DNA of 64,000 nucleotides from a virus: IMG/VR virus record IMGVR_UViG_3300045973_001103, positions 2,413 to 66,412 of that record; one strand, 5' to 3'. Shown piece by piece: positions 36,996 to 46,810 of this stretch (position 1 is its first letter; each line of letters starts with the position of its first letter). The notes under the pieces were generated by a model. It saw only the letters and a program-made list of their open reading frames with translations, ran no database searches and was not told where the DNA came from. The position numbers and the translations under genes were made by a program.

Positions 36996-38792
36996 ATGTC
37001 TAAGAAAGACACGAGTGACTTATCGCCAGATGACAAGGGGTTCGCACGGAAAGCGAACTCCATTCTCCCGCAGGGTATGCGCGGGGGTGGTAGCGGAGCC
37101 AAGTACGAAGCCATGATGGACAAATTCCAGGAAGGCGCTTTCTCACGTAAAGCCAGCGACGGCGGCATGGGTTTCATGGACGGCGGCGGATCAAGCCGCG
37201 TGCCCATCATGTACGTCGACCCGATGTTCGACCCGATCCTTCTGATGTTCCCGAAGGAGAACCTCAAGGAACTCAACCGGCGCCTGCGTCACTATTACTC
37301 ATTTCACCCGATCGTCCGCAACCTGATCAACCTGCACTCCACCTTCCCGTTCGGCGACATGGAAGTTCGCTGCGAGGATAAGGAACTTGAGCCGTACTGG
37401 CAGGATCTCAGCGAGCGCCTCAACCTGATGCAGATGATCGTCCACATGTCCCGGGACTACGAGCTCCTGGGCGAATCCTTCCACGTAGGCAACTGGGACG
37501 ACAACACGATGGAGTGGGAAGCTTTCCACCAGTACCCACCCGAGAACATCGAAGTGCACAAGGTCTACGCCGGCTCCGGCATAGCCTACTTCCTCAAGCC
37601 CGACGAAGAGCTGCGCAAGATGATGAACTCCTCCAAGGAGATCGACCGCGCCGTAGTCGACATGCTGCCGGCCGAGTTCAAGGACCGCGTCTCCCAGGGC
37701 AAGCCCATCCACCTGGACAACTCCCGGGTGATCCACTACGCCAACAAGTCAGCCGGCTACCTTACCCGCGGCGAATCGCCGCTGAAGGCCGCCCTGAAGT
37801 ACCTGCTGGCCGAAGACAAGCTTTATATGCTCATGCTGGTTTTCATCGACCGGCACATGTTCCCGATGAAGATCTGGAAGATCGGCTCCAAGGAGCAGAA
37901 GTGGCTGCCGTCAAAGAAGCACTTCGACATGCTCAAGGCCAAGCTGATAGAGGCCAAGGGCGATCCGGACTACGACCTTATCTACCACGCGTTCCTGGAG
38001 ATGGAATATAAGACCGGTGCCACCCAGCACGAGGATCTCATCAAGTGGTTCGACTGGACCCAGAAGCGTATCCTCATCGCCATGTTCGCCAACGAGGCTA
38101 TGTTCGCCGAGGCTAACCCCTACGCGAAAGAGTCCATGTCGATCAAGCTGATCATGCACCGCTATATGCTCCAGCGCGCCCTGGTCAACCGCCAGATCAC
38201 CGACAAGGTGTGGCTGCCCGTCGCCAAGAAGCGTGAGTACATCCTCCGCAACCGCGCCGAGTCCTCCAACAACGTTTCGAACGACAAGACCTACCTGCCC
38301 GACATCAAGAAGTACGCAGTGCCCAAGCTGTTCTGGCGCCCGTCTAACCTTGTCTCCGGCATGCAGGAGCAGGAATACCTCGCCAAGATGCGCAAAGAGG
38401 GTGACCTGCCTGTGGAAGCGATCTACGACCTCCTGGGCTTCGACACCAACAAGATGAAGGAAGCCATCCACAACGAGCAGAATACCCCGCTCGACCCAAT
38501 GTGGCGCGAGGCTCGCAAGAAGCTCATGGACGACCCTGTGGTGCGTAATGAGTCCCTCCGCGGCCGCAAGCTCAAGGACATCGAGCTGCCCCGCGACGTT
38601 GTGGATCCCAAAGCCAAGCCGGCCGCCGGCCGCCCCGCAGTGCCTGAAGCCGACAAGGCCATTCCGCCAGGCTCCGGCGCCGCCCCGGGCATGGTCCCGA
38701 ACAAGCTGGTGTCTCCGCGCGAGAAGCAGCAGGAGAAGGGCGTGCTGCCCGCACCCATGGGCGAGGGCGAGTCCGGAATGCCCCAGGTGTAA
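36996..38792 (+). CDS. portal protein
   Basis: 598 aa between TerL and protease; HPIVRNLINLH, YELLGESF, RVIHY, RGESPL portal-like motifs. Confidence 0.85.
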   Translation: MSKKDTSDLSPDDKGFARKANSILPQGMRGGGSGAKYEAMMDKFQEGAFSRKASDGGMGFMDGGGSSRVPIMYVDPMFDPILLMFPKENLKELNRRLRHYYSFHPIVRNLINLHSTFPFGDMEVRCEDKELEPYWQDLSERLNLMQMIVHMSRDYELLGESFHVGNWDDNTMEWEAFHQYPPENIEVHKVYAGSGIAYFLKPDEELRKMMNSSKEIDRAVVDMLPAEFKDRVSQGKPIHLDNSRVIHYANKSAGYLTRGESPLKAALKYLLAEDKLYMLMLVFIDRHMFPMKIWKIGSKEQKWLPSKKHFDMLKAKLIEAKGDPDYDLIYHAFLEMEYKTGATQHEDLIKWFDWTQKRILIAMFANEAMFAEANPYAKESMSIKLIMHRYMLQRALVNRQITDKVWLPVAKKREYILRNRAESSNNVSNDKTYLPDIKKYAVPKLFWRPSNLVSGMQEQEYLAKMRKEGDLPVEAIYDLLGFDTNKMKEAIHNEQNTPLDPMWREARKKLMDDPVVRNESLRGRKLKDIELPRDVVDPKAKPAAGRPAVPEADKAIPPGSGAAPGMVPNKLVSPREKQQEKGVLPAPMGEGESGMPQV

Positions 38793-38813
38793 GGAAGCGT
38801 TTTTATAAATTAA

Positions 38814-38834
38814 GTATAAAGTTCTATAGTAATA
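38814..38834 (+). promoter_or_regulatory. putative late promoter 3
   Basis: GTATAAA-gttc-TATAGTAATA. Confidence 0.78.
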
Positions 38835-38843
38835 GAGGTTGAA

Positions 38844-39098
38844 ATGGACTCAAGCGGAAATTTCGTGAAGCGGATACCTGTGGAAATACAGGACGTCAGG
38901 TTTAAGTCTGAAAAGAACTCAGCTGACCCCGCTCGCAAATCCGATGATCCGGCAAGGCGCCAACTGGGCGACCCTTACCCGACTACCGAAGGGAAACCTT
39001 ACGGAATGTCGGAAAACAACCCCGCAGCGAAAGGAGCACCCGGAATAAATACGGACCTTCGTGCGGTGGACACAGGGCAAGTTCCAGGCGGCGTATGA
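38844..39098 (+). CDS. hypothetical protein
   Basis: GAGGT SD; DPARK/DPARR repeat. Confidence 0.55.
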   Translation: MDSSGNFVKRIPVEIQDVRFKSEKNSADPARKSDDPARRQLGDPYPTTEGKPYGMSENNPAAKGAPGINTDLRAVDTGQVPGGV

Positions 39099-39295
39099 AG
39101 GACAAGTTCTTTACAACCGTTAGTGACAGGTTCGAAGTTCACAAGCGCAATATCGCGAAAGAACTTGAATATCTCGAGTACCTCGATTCGGATTACCAGG
39201 GAAAACTGTCACCTGAATTTACGGTGCAGATACGAGCGGCCCAGGCCGCAATGAAAAGAATGGAAGAGCTGATTGAAGAGCTCCCGAAGGACTAA
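39095..39295 (+). CDS. hypothetical protein
   Basis: ATGA overlap. Confidence 0.6.
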   Translation: MKDKFFTTVSDRFEVHKRNIAKELEYLEYLDSDYQGKLSPEFTVQIRAAQAAMKRMEELIEELPKD

Positions 39296-39299
39296 CAAG

Positions 39300-39473
39300 A
39301 TGGCGTTTACAAAATACGGAACCCCCGAACCACTCAAGGTGGTCACGGTCTGCGAGGAGTGTAAGCAGGACCGCCCGTTGATGAAGGTAACTAAAGCCGG
39401 GGTAACAAAACAGCTTTGCGGGGAATGCGTTAAAAAATGGCTCAAACCGGATTCAAAAGATACAGCGCAGTAG
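39300..39473 (+). CDS. small zinc-ribbon protein
   Basis: AAGGA SD; CEEC...CGEC. Confidence 0.55.
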   Translation: MAFTKYGTPEPLKVVTVCEECKQDRPLMKVTKAGVTKQLCGECVKKWLKPDSKDTAQ

Positions 39474-40849
39474 AGATCCTCTCGGTTTATAACAAACCGG
39501 CGGATATTTACCGTCTCGCGTCCGAGTGGGCGGAGTACGTAAAGCAAGGTGGCATCTTCTGCAAGGAAGGCGCCTGCCCTTTCGTCCCCGGAGAGAAGTT
39601 CAACTACGACCTCACCAATTTCCTGTACTATCGCGCACGCGCGATCACCGCGGACATCGCCAACCTCAACGGCGACCGCTTCCCGCACATGGAGCTGCGC
39701 CAGTCCTACCAAACTTTCCAGGGCAAGGGCGTGTACTTCAACCATGACAGCGACAAGCCCGAGAAAGCTTTCGGCATAATCCTGGACGCCGTCTACACCC
39801 CGGTCCACTTCAACAACGACGAGTTCCCCGATAAGTACGTCGAGCTGCTCTGCGCCATTGACCGCAAGGCCATTAACCATCTCCGCCCCGGCCTCCTGGG
39901 TGATATCGAGTCAGGGAAGGTCACCAGCACCTCCATGGGCACCATCGCCTCAATGGCCCAATGTTCCATCTGTGGAAACAAGGCCACCAACATGGAGCAG
40001 CTGTGCCTCCACGTGCATCCGCAGTCACCGCTTTACTGTAAGGGCCGCGACGTTTACGGCAAGAAATGCTACGAGGACAACTACGGCCTCTCCTTTATAG
40101 AGGACTCGATCGTGTACGTCCCGGCCGACGCCACCGCCCGCATGCTTGAGGTGTACGCGTCCAAGAACGACGTCTCCGTCAACCGGATGGCCGAGCTGTT
40201 CGAGAAGTACGCTATCGCTTCCGGCAAGCCCGTCAAGCGCAGCGTCATAGAACTGTCGAGCACTTTCAAGACCACAGGTGGATTTATGCCAACAGCAGCC
40301 AAGCCCGCAGCCCAGCCCGCCCCCGGCCAGCCGGCCGTGTCACCTTACCAGGCGGCAGTAGGGGAACTCAACACTGAAGTGCCCGACGCGACACAGAAGC
40401 TTTTCGAAACCAAGATGCGCCGGATCATAGAGGAAGAGCTGCGCAAGATGTACGGCCCGGCCCTCGAGCAGATGGACAAGTCAGTCCGCCCCCAGGTGAA
40501 AACCCTGGTGGAACAGGAATTTGAGAAGGTGAAGGGCGACATCGGCGCCGTAGTACCTGGCATGGACCAGGCGGAAGCCGGCCCGGCCGCAGAGGATGAG
40601 AAGGGCCAGGCCAAGCCGGCCCCGGCCGCCCCAGCAGCTCCGGCCGCCGCGGCCCCCGCCGCCCCGGCTCCAGCCGCCGCAACACCTCCGGCAGCACCCG
40701 TAGAGTCAGCGATGCAGTACCCGCTGTCTTTCGTGGAAGATTTCTCGGCATGGAACGAAGCCGATAAGAACATGTTGGTACAGGCCGTAACTTCGGGCAA
40801 GTCCTGGTCGTTTAAGGGCGTGCTCGAGTTCCCTGTAAAGGAAGCTTAA
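39437..40849 (+). CDS. prohead (capsid maturation) protease with Zn-finger insert
   Basis: NLNGDRF, FNHD, GIILDA, STSMG, CSICGN...LCLH, FIEDSIVYVPAD; between portal and scaffold. Confidence 0.75.
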   Translation: MAQTGFKRYSAVEILSVYNKPADIYRLASEWAEYVKQGGIFCKEGACPFVPGEKFNYDLTNFLYYRARAITADIANLNGDRFPHMELRQSYQTFQGKGVYFNHDSDKPEKAFGIILDAVYTPVHFNNDEFPDKYVELLCAIDRKAINHLRPGLLGDIESGKVTSTSMGTIASMAQCSICGNKATNMEQLCLHVHPQSPLYCKGRDVYGKKCYEDNYGLSFIEDSIVYVPADATARMLEVYASKNDVSVNRMAELFEKYAIASGKPVKRSVIELSSTFKTTGGFMPTAAKPAAQPAPGQPAVSPYQAAVGELNTEVPDATQKLFETKMRRIIEEELRKMYGPALEQMDKSVRPQVKTLVEQEFEKVKGDIGAVVPGMDQAEAGPAAEDEKGQAKPAPAAPAAPAAAAPAAPAPAAATPPAAPVESAMQYPLSFVEDFSAWNEADKNMLVQAVTSGKSWSFKGVLEFPVKEA

Positions 40850-40851
40850 TT

Positions 40852-42276
40852 ATGGGAGTAGCTAAAATACTTCAATCTTTAGGCTTGAAAAAGCAGGCTG
40901 CAGACATCGGCTCAACCGGCGTGGACGTAGTTCCGGGCGAGCAGGGCCAGCTTATTGAGCAGAAAGATCAGCTCGAACAACAGAAACAGGAACTCGAACA
41001 ACAGATTGCCCAGGTGGACCAGAAAATGGCCACCGCCCCGATGACCCCACAACCCCCAAAGGAGGAATCCACAATGGATCCTATCGCCACACCCGCACCC
41101 GCAGCCGCTCCCGAGAAGCCCGTACTTCCCACACCCGCAGCCGCAGCCCCCGCTGCCGCACCGGCCCCCATCGCTCCCGCCGCCGCAGTAGAGACCGGCA
41201 AAGAGCACGAGAAGAAAGAGACCAAGGAAGAAGAGAAGAAGGAAGAGGCCAAGAAAGAAGCCGCTTTCTCCATCCGCTTCGCCCAGGGCAAAACCTTTAC
41301 CGACAGCTACTTCGTAGCCGAAGAGAAAGGCGAGTTCCGCGCCGCCCGCGCTTCCAGGATCATCCCCGTCCCCGTACAGGAAAAGATCCTCAAGTGCCTG
41401 GCTGCCACCGGCAAACCGCCGGAAGACGTCATCACCCCCACTGAGATCATCGACCAGATGACCTCCCAGGGCGTGAACTCGCTCGAATCCTTCGAAGGCG
41501 CCGTCACAGCGCTCGAAGCCAACGCCTCCATCCTGTCCCGCAAGGCCGGCATGTTCGCGTGGAACGAATCCGAAGTAGAAAAGCCCGCCAAAGTGAAGGC
41601 CGGCGAGATGCCCATGATGTCCATGGACATGAAAGAGTTCAAAGACGGCCAGAAGATGCACCCGGCCCCCTCCGGCACAAGCTCGAAGACCAAGCAGTAC
41701 TTCGGCCGCCTTCCCGGCGCCGCCGGCGGAGAGCCCACAGTGGCCATCAATCCCCAGTCCAGCGCCAACGTCAAGGACAAACTTGACTTCATGCGCCGCG
41801 CGCTGGAAGAGATGAAGCAGCAGAAGGACGAAGCCGTAGCCAAGGCCGACTCCGCAGAGAAGAAGGTCGGAGAGATGGAAAAGGGCAACGAGGACAAAGA
41901 GTCCGCCGGCCTCATGGAATCCATCGTGAAAGACCTCATCGCCAAGAAGCTCGCCTCCGAGAAGGACGAGCAGGGCCTCGTGGCCGCGCTGGCGAAAATA
42001 GATCGGAAAAACCTGGCCGCAGTCGCTTCTTTACTGAAGCTGCTCGGCAAGTCGGAAGGGTCAGCAATGGGCGGCGGTCTGCCCGGAGCGAAGCCCGCAG
42101 TAGGTATGGAGCCCAAGCCGGCCCCGTTCGGAGGCGCGAAGCCCGCAGCCCCGTTCGGAGCAGAACAGCATCCCAAGGCCTCCATGTCCGTGCTGCCTCC
42201 GACTTTCCTGAACGAAAATGAGCCGGAAGTAGGCAATGGGTCTGCCTTCCTGGCGAAGTACTGGGACGCGAAATAA
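40852..42276 (+). CDS. scaffolding protein
   Basis: Coiled-coil and Pro/Ala low-complexity; between protease and capsid genes. Confidence 0.65.
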   Translation: MGVAKILQSLGLKKQAADIGSTGVDVVPGEQGQLIEQKDQLEQQKQELEQQIAQVDQKMATAPMTPQPPKEESTMDPIATPAPAAAPEKPVLPTPAAAAPAAAPAPIAPAAAVETGKEHEKKETKEEEKKEEAKKEAAFSIRFAQGKTFTDSYFVAEEKGEFRAARASRIIPVPVQEKILKCLAATGKPPEDVITPTEIIDQMTSQGVNSLESFEGAVTALEANASILSRKAGMFAWNESEVEKPAKVKAGEMPMMSMDMKEFKDGQKMHPAPSGTSSKTKQYFGRLPGAAGGEPTVAINPQSSANVKDKLDFMRRALEEMKQQKDEAVAKADSAEKKVGEMEKGNEDKESAGLMESIVKDLIAKKLASEKDEQGLVAALAKIDRKNLAAVASLLKLLGKSEGSAMGGGLPGAKPAVGMEPKPAPFGGAKPAAPFGAEQHPKASMSVLPPTFLNENEPEVGNGSAFLAKYWDAK

Positions 42277-42305
42277 GAAGTAAAAATCAGACTAGGAGAA
42301 AACAA

Positions 42306-42872
42306 ATGCAATTCATAGGAACATTCGGTCGCGGTCTCGGGATCAACCCCGACGAAGTAAAGCTGGAAGACTCAACCAAGTTCGTATTCGCTGACGACAT
42401 GGGCGTATACGGCGGGTCCCCGATGACCCTGGTGGCGAACTCCGGCGTAAGCACCCTGACCTCCTGGGCCAAGCTGGCAGCTGCTCACCTGAGCCTCAAC
42501 GTGCCCGTGTACGGCATCGCGAAGTTCCAGAAGAACAGCTACTCCGATGAGACCTTCGACAAGACAGGCCTCTACGGTTCCGGCAAAGGCACCGTGATAC
42601 AGCTCGGCCGCGTTTCCCTGTACAACAACGTTTTCCGCACCGCGGACAACGGCATCGTGCAGGTGTTCGCGTTCGACAACAGCATCACGAACTACGCCCC
42701 CATGGACAAGATGTACGTCAACTGCGACGTGCTGTCATCTCACTTCGGTCAGATGACCAACGTCCTGGTCGGCGGAACCGGCGCGGACGCCAACGGCAAT
42801 ACCGAGTTCGGTGTCGTGTCGGCATACTACGCCAACGCCACCCAGCCGGTGCTCGAGATCACAGTGAAGTAA
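42306..42872 (+). CDS. capsid decoration/cement protein
   Basis: 188 aa, beta/Gly-rich, immediately before MCP; AGGAG SD. Confidence 0.6.
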   Translation: MQFIGTFGRGLGINPDEVKLEDSTKFVFADDMGVYGGSPMTLVANSGVSTLTSWAKLAAAHLSLNVPVYGIAKFQKNSYSDETFDKTGLYGSGKGTVIQLGRVSLYNNVFRTADNGIVQVFAFDNSITNYAPMDKMYVNCDVLSSHFGQMTNVLVGGTGADANGNTEFGVVSAYYANATQPVLEITVK

Positions 42873-42885
42873 ACTGTGCGACCAA

Positions 42886-42916
42886 GGGGTCCGGGGCTAT
42901 AAACGCCCCGGGCTCC
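42886..42916 (+). terminator. 12-bp GC hairpin (terminator or mRNA-stabilising stem)
   Basis: GGGGTCCGGGGC-TATAAAC-GCCCCGGGCTCC; no immediate U-tract. Confidence 0.55.
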
Positions 42917-43040
42917 CACAAATTTCGTTTTACAGTGTACTGAATCAGAAAGCAGAACCAGAAAGAAGACTACACCACATTATGTGGGTTATGAGGTTGC
43001 CAACACCTCGCGAAAAGCAAAGCTGGCAGGTAAAATAACC

Positions 43041-44075
43041 ATGGCATACAGCCCAAGACCCGAAGTAGCCGGCGCGTTCGAAAAGATCTGGTCACCTCAG
43101 TATGAGACGACCACGAACGTAAAAGGCACCGGTGTGGAACGCGGAGCGCGCGCCCTCGTAAAGAAGGCGTCCTTCGAGCAGGTTCCCACCCTCGACCAGA
43201 AAGAAGCAGCGTTCGACGCGATCCTGCAGAACCCGGGCCCCTCGTTCAAGCGCGTGGCCTTCGCGATGCAGACACCCCTCAAGGACAGGAACGACTACGT
43301 CGCAGTGGGCCGCAAGCTCCTGCTGACCGACGAACTGCCCCAGGGCGAAATCCCCGCGTACGACCTGGACATCCCGGAGTACCCCGCCCTTGCAGTCGGC
43401 GCCCGCGGTACGCCTCCGCTGGTGGAAGCCAACATCCAGCGTATCTTCATACCCACCTTCTCGATCAACATCACGAGCTCGGTGCACTACGAAGAGATCC
43501 AGATAAGGCGCTTCCCCGCCTTCGACCGCGCCAAAGAACGCGTGGCCATCGCTAACGCGATCACCGAGGACGATCAGGTCTTCGGGCTGCTCGATCGCGC
43601 CGTACAGGTCGGCCCCAACCCGATCATCGGCGTAACCGGGCCCGCACAGCGCGCAGACATGGTAAGGATGGCAGGACACCTGCTCTCCAGGCAGCTCGCC
43701 CCGGGCGCATACGTCATGCACCCCATGCGCTACACGGACATCCTGTCCTGGAACGCAGACCAGCTGGACCAGGTCTCCCTGAACGTCATCGTGGAAACCG
43801 GCCAGTTCGGCGTGCTCCACGGCATCAGGCTGATCATGTCGACCCGCGTGAAGCCCACCAGGATCTACCTCACAACCACACCCGACAAACTCGGCCGTAT
43901 CCCCGAGCGCAAGGCCGTGGAAGTGAAAGTAGTTGACTGGCCAAAAGATACCCGCTACTATGTGACCTCATGGGAACAGGTAGGCTTCGGTATCCACAAC
44001 ACCGCCGGTGTCGTGGGAATGGACCTCAACGGTCTGTCAGCGAACGAGCTGCCCGCTCAGTTCCCTCTGTGCTAA
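43041..44075 (+). CDS. major capsid protein (HK97 fold)
   Basis: DYVAVGRKLLLTDELPQGEIPAYDLD, IFIPTFSI, DRAKERV...EDDQVF, VMHP; start at ATG 43041. Confidence 0.85.
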   Translation: MAYSPRPEVAGAFEKIWSPQYETTTNVKGTGVERGARALVKKASFEQVPTLDQKEAAFDAILQNPGPSFKRVAFAMQTPLKDRNDYVAVGRKLLLTDELPQGEIPAYDLDIPEYPALAVGARGTPPLVEANIQRIFIPTFSINITSSVHYEEIQIRRFPAFDRAKERVAIANAITEDDQVFGLLDRAVQVGPNPIIGVTGPAQRADMVRMAGHLLSRQLAPGAYVMHPMRYTDILSWNADQLDQVSLNVIVETGQFGVLHGIRLIMSTRVKPTRIYLTTTPDKLGRIPERKAVEVKVVDWPKDTRYYVTSWEQVGFGIHNTAGVVGMDLNGLSANELPAQFPLC

Positions 44076-44099
44076 CGACAGAGCAGTAGAAGGGCAAGT

Positions 44100-44135
44100 A
44101 GATCCCCCGGGGGCTAGTCCCCCGGGGGTATCTTT
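44100..44135 (+). terminator. intrinsic terminator after MCP
   Basis: CCCCCGGGGG-CTAGT-CCCCCGGGGG stem followed by TATCTTT. Confidence 0.65.
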
Positions 44136-44163
44136 AAAAACGAACCTGAAGGAGACCACGAAT

Positions 44164-44565
44164 ATGGCCGACAAATCAGAAGCGGATAAAGCAGCAGACC
44201 TCAAAGCCTTTAATTTTTCCTCGTACAACAAACTCCACTGGATGCTCGGCGGCGAGGACTATGCCCTCAAGACCGCCAAGGATCTCTTTGTGCAGGACCT
44301 TAAGCGCGCACAGAAGTATGAGCAGGACCTGTGCATCGCCCGCGGCGGCACCAGAGTGATGGACGACAACCTGTTCAACCACGTCTGTAAGCTCGCAGAC
44401 CAGTGTAAGAGCTTTTACGAAGTGGAAGCCCTTGCGCGCTTCGTCTTCGATGACAACCGCATGCCGGAGATGCCCGAGATCCGGACCAAAGCGGAAGCAC
44501 TGCGCAAGATCATGCCGGTGTTCGACATTCTCAAGGCCACCAAAAACGTCAGAAGGAGCTTCTAA
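44164..44565 (+). CDS. hypothetical protein
   Basis: AAGGAG SD; MADKSE start. Confidence 0.7.
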   Translation: MADKSEADKAADLKAFNFSSYNKLHWMLGGEDYALKTAKDLFVQDLKRAQKYEQDLCIARGGTRVMDDNLFNHVCKLADQCKSFYEVEALARFVFDDNRMPEMPEIRTKAEALRKIMPVFDILKATKNVRRSF

Positions 44566-44567
44566 TC

Positions 44568-45062
44568 ATGTCTTCATGGAATTTTAACGTACCCAAGTCC
44601 GACGCACTCAACACCCTTAATCGCCTGGCGACCAAAGGCATGGACCCCCTCCAGGACGACTCCAAAGCCGTCATGGACATCGCGTCGACCGCGGCCGGCG
44701 TGGCCTCCAACGATCCGGAGAAAGAACGCTTCCTTGCGGACCTGTACAACAAGTCCGACATGTCCCAGGGTATGGACCCCAAGTCTGAACTGTACCAGTT
44801 CATTCAGGAAGAGGCCACCAACAGCCTGCAGCAGGTCCAGCAGCAGCTCGCCCCGATCATCACCAAGTACCCGGACCAGGGCGACAGGGACCGCCTTACC
44901 GGCGACTACAAGGAAAGCTACATCGACAAGCGCTTTAACAACATCAAGGACGCCTGGGAAGACATCCGCCCCAGCCAGACCGTCAACCCGGCTCCCGGCC
45001 AGCAGGCCGCCCCAGTCGCTGCCCCAGGGATGGCCCCGGCGGTGGCAAGGCGGTCACTTTAA
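44568..45062 (+). CDS. putative virion protein, N-terminal part of a probable +1 frameshift fusion
   Basis: AAGGAG SD; ends AGG CGG TCA CTT TAA C. Confidence 0.75.
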   Translation: MSSWNFNVPKSDALNTLNRLATKGMDPLQDDSKAVMDIASTAAGVASNDPEKERFLADLYNKSDMSQGMDPKSELYQFIQEEATNSLQQVQQQLAPIITKYPDQGDRDRLTGDYKESYIDKRFNNIKDAWEDIRPSQTVNPAPGQQAAPVAAPGMAPAVARRSL

Positions 45063-45063
45063 C
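45048..45063 (+). promoter_or_regulatory. candidate programmed +1 ribosomal frameshift site (prfB-like)
   Basis: AGGCGG-TCA-CTT-TAA-C versus E. coli prfB AGGGGG-TAT-CTT-TGA-C; +1 frame open to 45924. Confidence 0.6.
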
Positions 45064-45924
45064 CGGTCGGCCAGCGCCGCATTCTTCGACAGCGAGCGCG
45101 TGGTCATGAAGGCCGCGGTGGACTCTGAAGTCCCCGTGGGCACTCTCGGCACCATTATCCGTGCGGACCAGGAAGATTCAGACCTCAACACGTATGAGGT
45201 CCAGTGGGACAACGGCGTGCACAGCGACGGCATGCGCGAATACAACATGGAGATCGCCCCGGAGACCAACCAGATCGCTCCGCAGTCGTACCTGGAGCGC
45301 TTTGAAGCCCGGCAGATCCGGAAATCCATACCGGAGATCTTCGCGTCCGCGCGCCGGCTCCGCATGTACCTGCGCCAGGCCGCCAACAAGCAGAGCCCGC
45401 AGGAGATCATGGCCGAGTTCAAGAGCAAGGTCGTACCGTTCCTTGACAATTATACGTACCAGAAGCTCGACACCGGTGACCAGATCATCATCCCGGACTC
45501 CTCGGAGATGTGGAATCAGATCCACACTGAGCTGGACACCTACCACGACCTGCTGAAGCCCTTCATGGATCAGCCGGACGTAGAAGCGGTTGTCCGCGAG
45601 ATCGAAGAGTACCACACCCAGGTGCAGCCCGAGAGCACACCGAAGCACGACCTCGCCAAGCTGAAGGACGTGCCTGATGCTGCCCTGCTGCCCAACGGCC
45701 GCCCGATGCACTCCCCGGACGAACCGGTGGAACACAGCGAGCTGGGCGCCACAGTGGAGAACGTTATCGACAGCCTTCCCTCGGAAGAGACCGGCATGGA
45801 TGAACTCCTTGACCGTTGGACACAGTCGCAGTCGCCCGAACAGAAAGCGCAGATAGAGCAGCGCATCAGGAACCTTCACGACAAGATGCTGCATGCCTAT
45901 TTGCTCTCCACGAAAAGAATTTGA
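45058..45924 (+). CDS. putative virion protein, C-terminal +1-frame part (SH3-like barrel + acidic domain)
   Basis: Open frame NRSASAAFFDSERVV...GTLGTII...YEVQWDNG; no convincing SD for GTG 45100 or ATG 45106. Confidence 0.7.
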   Translation, partial: FNRSASAAFFDSERVVMKAAVDSEVPVGTLGTIIRADQEDSDLNTYEVQWDNGVHSDGMREYNMEIAPETNQIAPQSYLERFEARQIRKSIPEIFASARRLRMYLRQAANKQSPQEIMAEFKSKVVPFLDNYTYQKLDTGDQIIIPDSSEMWNQIHTELDTYHDLLKPFMDQPDVEAVVREIEEYHTQVQPESTPKHDLAKLKDVPDAALLPNGRPMHSPDEPVEHSELGATVENVIDSLPSEETGMDELLDRWTQSQSPEQKAQIEQRIRNLHDKMLHAYLLSTKRI

Positions 45925-45965
45925 GGGTAACCTCAAGAAGTGAAATCGAACAGTAGGAGAAGACA

Positions 45966-46796
45966 ATGAACGAAACGACAGCTAACCCTAACCCTGTGAC
46001 CGCCCCCGCGCCCACCGCAGCCCCTGTGGCCGCCGCGGCGCCCCAGACAGTGAAGATGGTGCGCTATCAGAACATATCCGCGGTGGCCCTGCCCATCCCG
46101 GAGCTCAACGTGATCGTGCCCAAGGACGGATTCTCTCCGCCCCTTCCGGAAGCCACTCCGACACTTAAGGCTTACGTCACCGGCCAGCTCTTCAAGGCCG
46201 AGAACGTGGACATCCCTACGATGGGCATGCAGGCCCAGGCCGTCACTCAGGGTGACGTTAACGCCAACGACAACCAGGGCGTCCGCGCCCCGCTCGTCGC
46301 CGGCCCCGGCCAGCCCACCGCGAAGGTGGACTACAGCCCGATCAAGGTCAGCACGACCGAAGAGAAGCTGAAAGGCTACGACAACTCCGCAGAGGTAAAG
46401 AAAGCCCTCGCGAACACCGTGATCTCCGTGGGTTCAGAGCAGAACCCGATCAACCTGTTCGGCGAGATCCCGGCCGATGAGGCAGTGCGCCTTATTAAGG
46501 CCCAGGGCAACGGCAGTTTCTCAACAGAAGTAAGCGGCGGCGAGTACATCGCCGACGAAGCGCAGAAGATCATAGCCAGCGCCGCGGGGGTATCCTCCGT
46601 GACCGCCAGGCCCATCCCGATGCCTGAAGGGCTTCCGGCTGACCTGGTGCCTTTCTTCCAGCAGACAGGCCTGCAGAAGAAGATCTTCATTTACAAGACA
46701 CCCAACTGGGAAATGCTGAACAAGATCCAGGGTTTCGAAAGGGACGCCAACGTCCTGTCCTGCATCAAGCAGCGCCTGGCTGAACTCGGAAAATAG
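45966..46796 (+). CDS. putative virion protein
   Basis: AGGAG SD; 276 aa. Confidence 0.7.
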   Translation: MNETTANPNPVTAPAPTAAPVAAAAPQTVKMVRYQNISAVALPIPELNVIVPKDGFSPPLPEATPTLKAYVTGQLFKAENVDIPTMGMQAQAVTQGDVNANDNQGVRAPLVAGPGQPTAKVDYSPIKVSTTEEKLKGYDNSAEVKKALANTVISVGSEQNPINLFGEIPADEAVRLIKAQGNGSFSTEVSGGEYIADEAQKIIASAAGVSSVTARPIPMPEGLPADLVPFFQQTGLQKKIFIYKTPNWEMLNKIQGFERDANVLSCIKQRLAELGK

Positions 46797-46810
46797 AAAA
46801 GGAGAACGCG

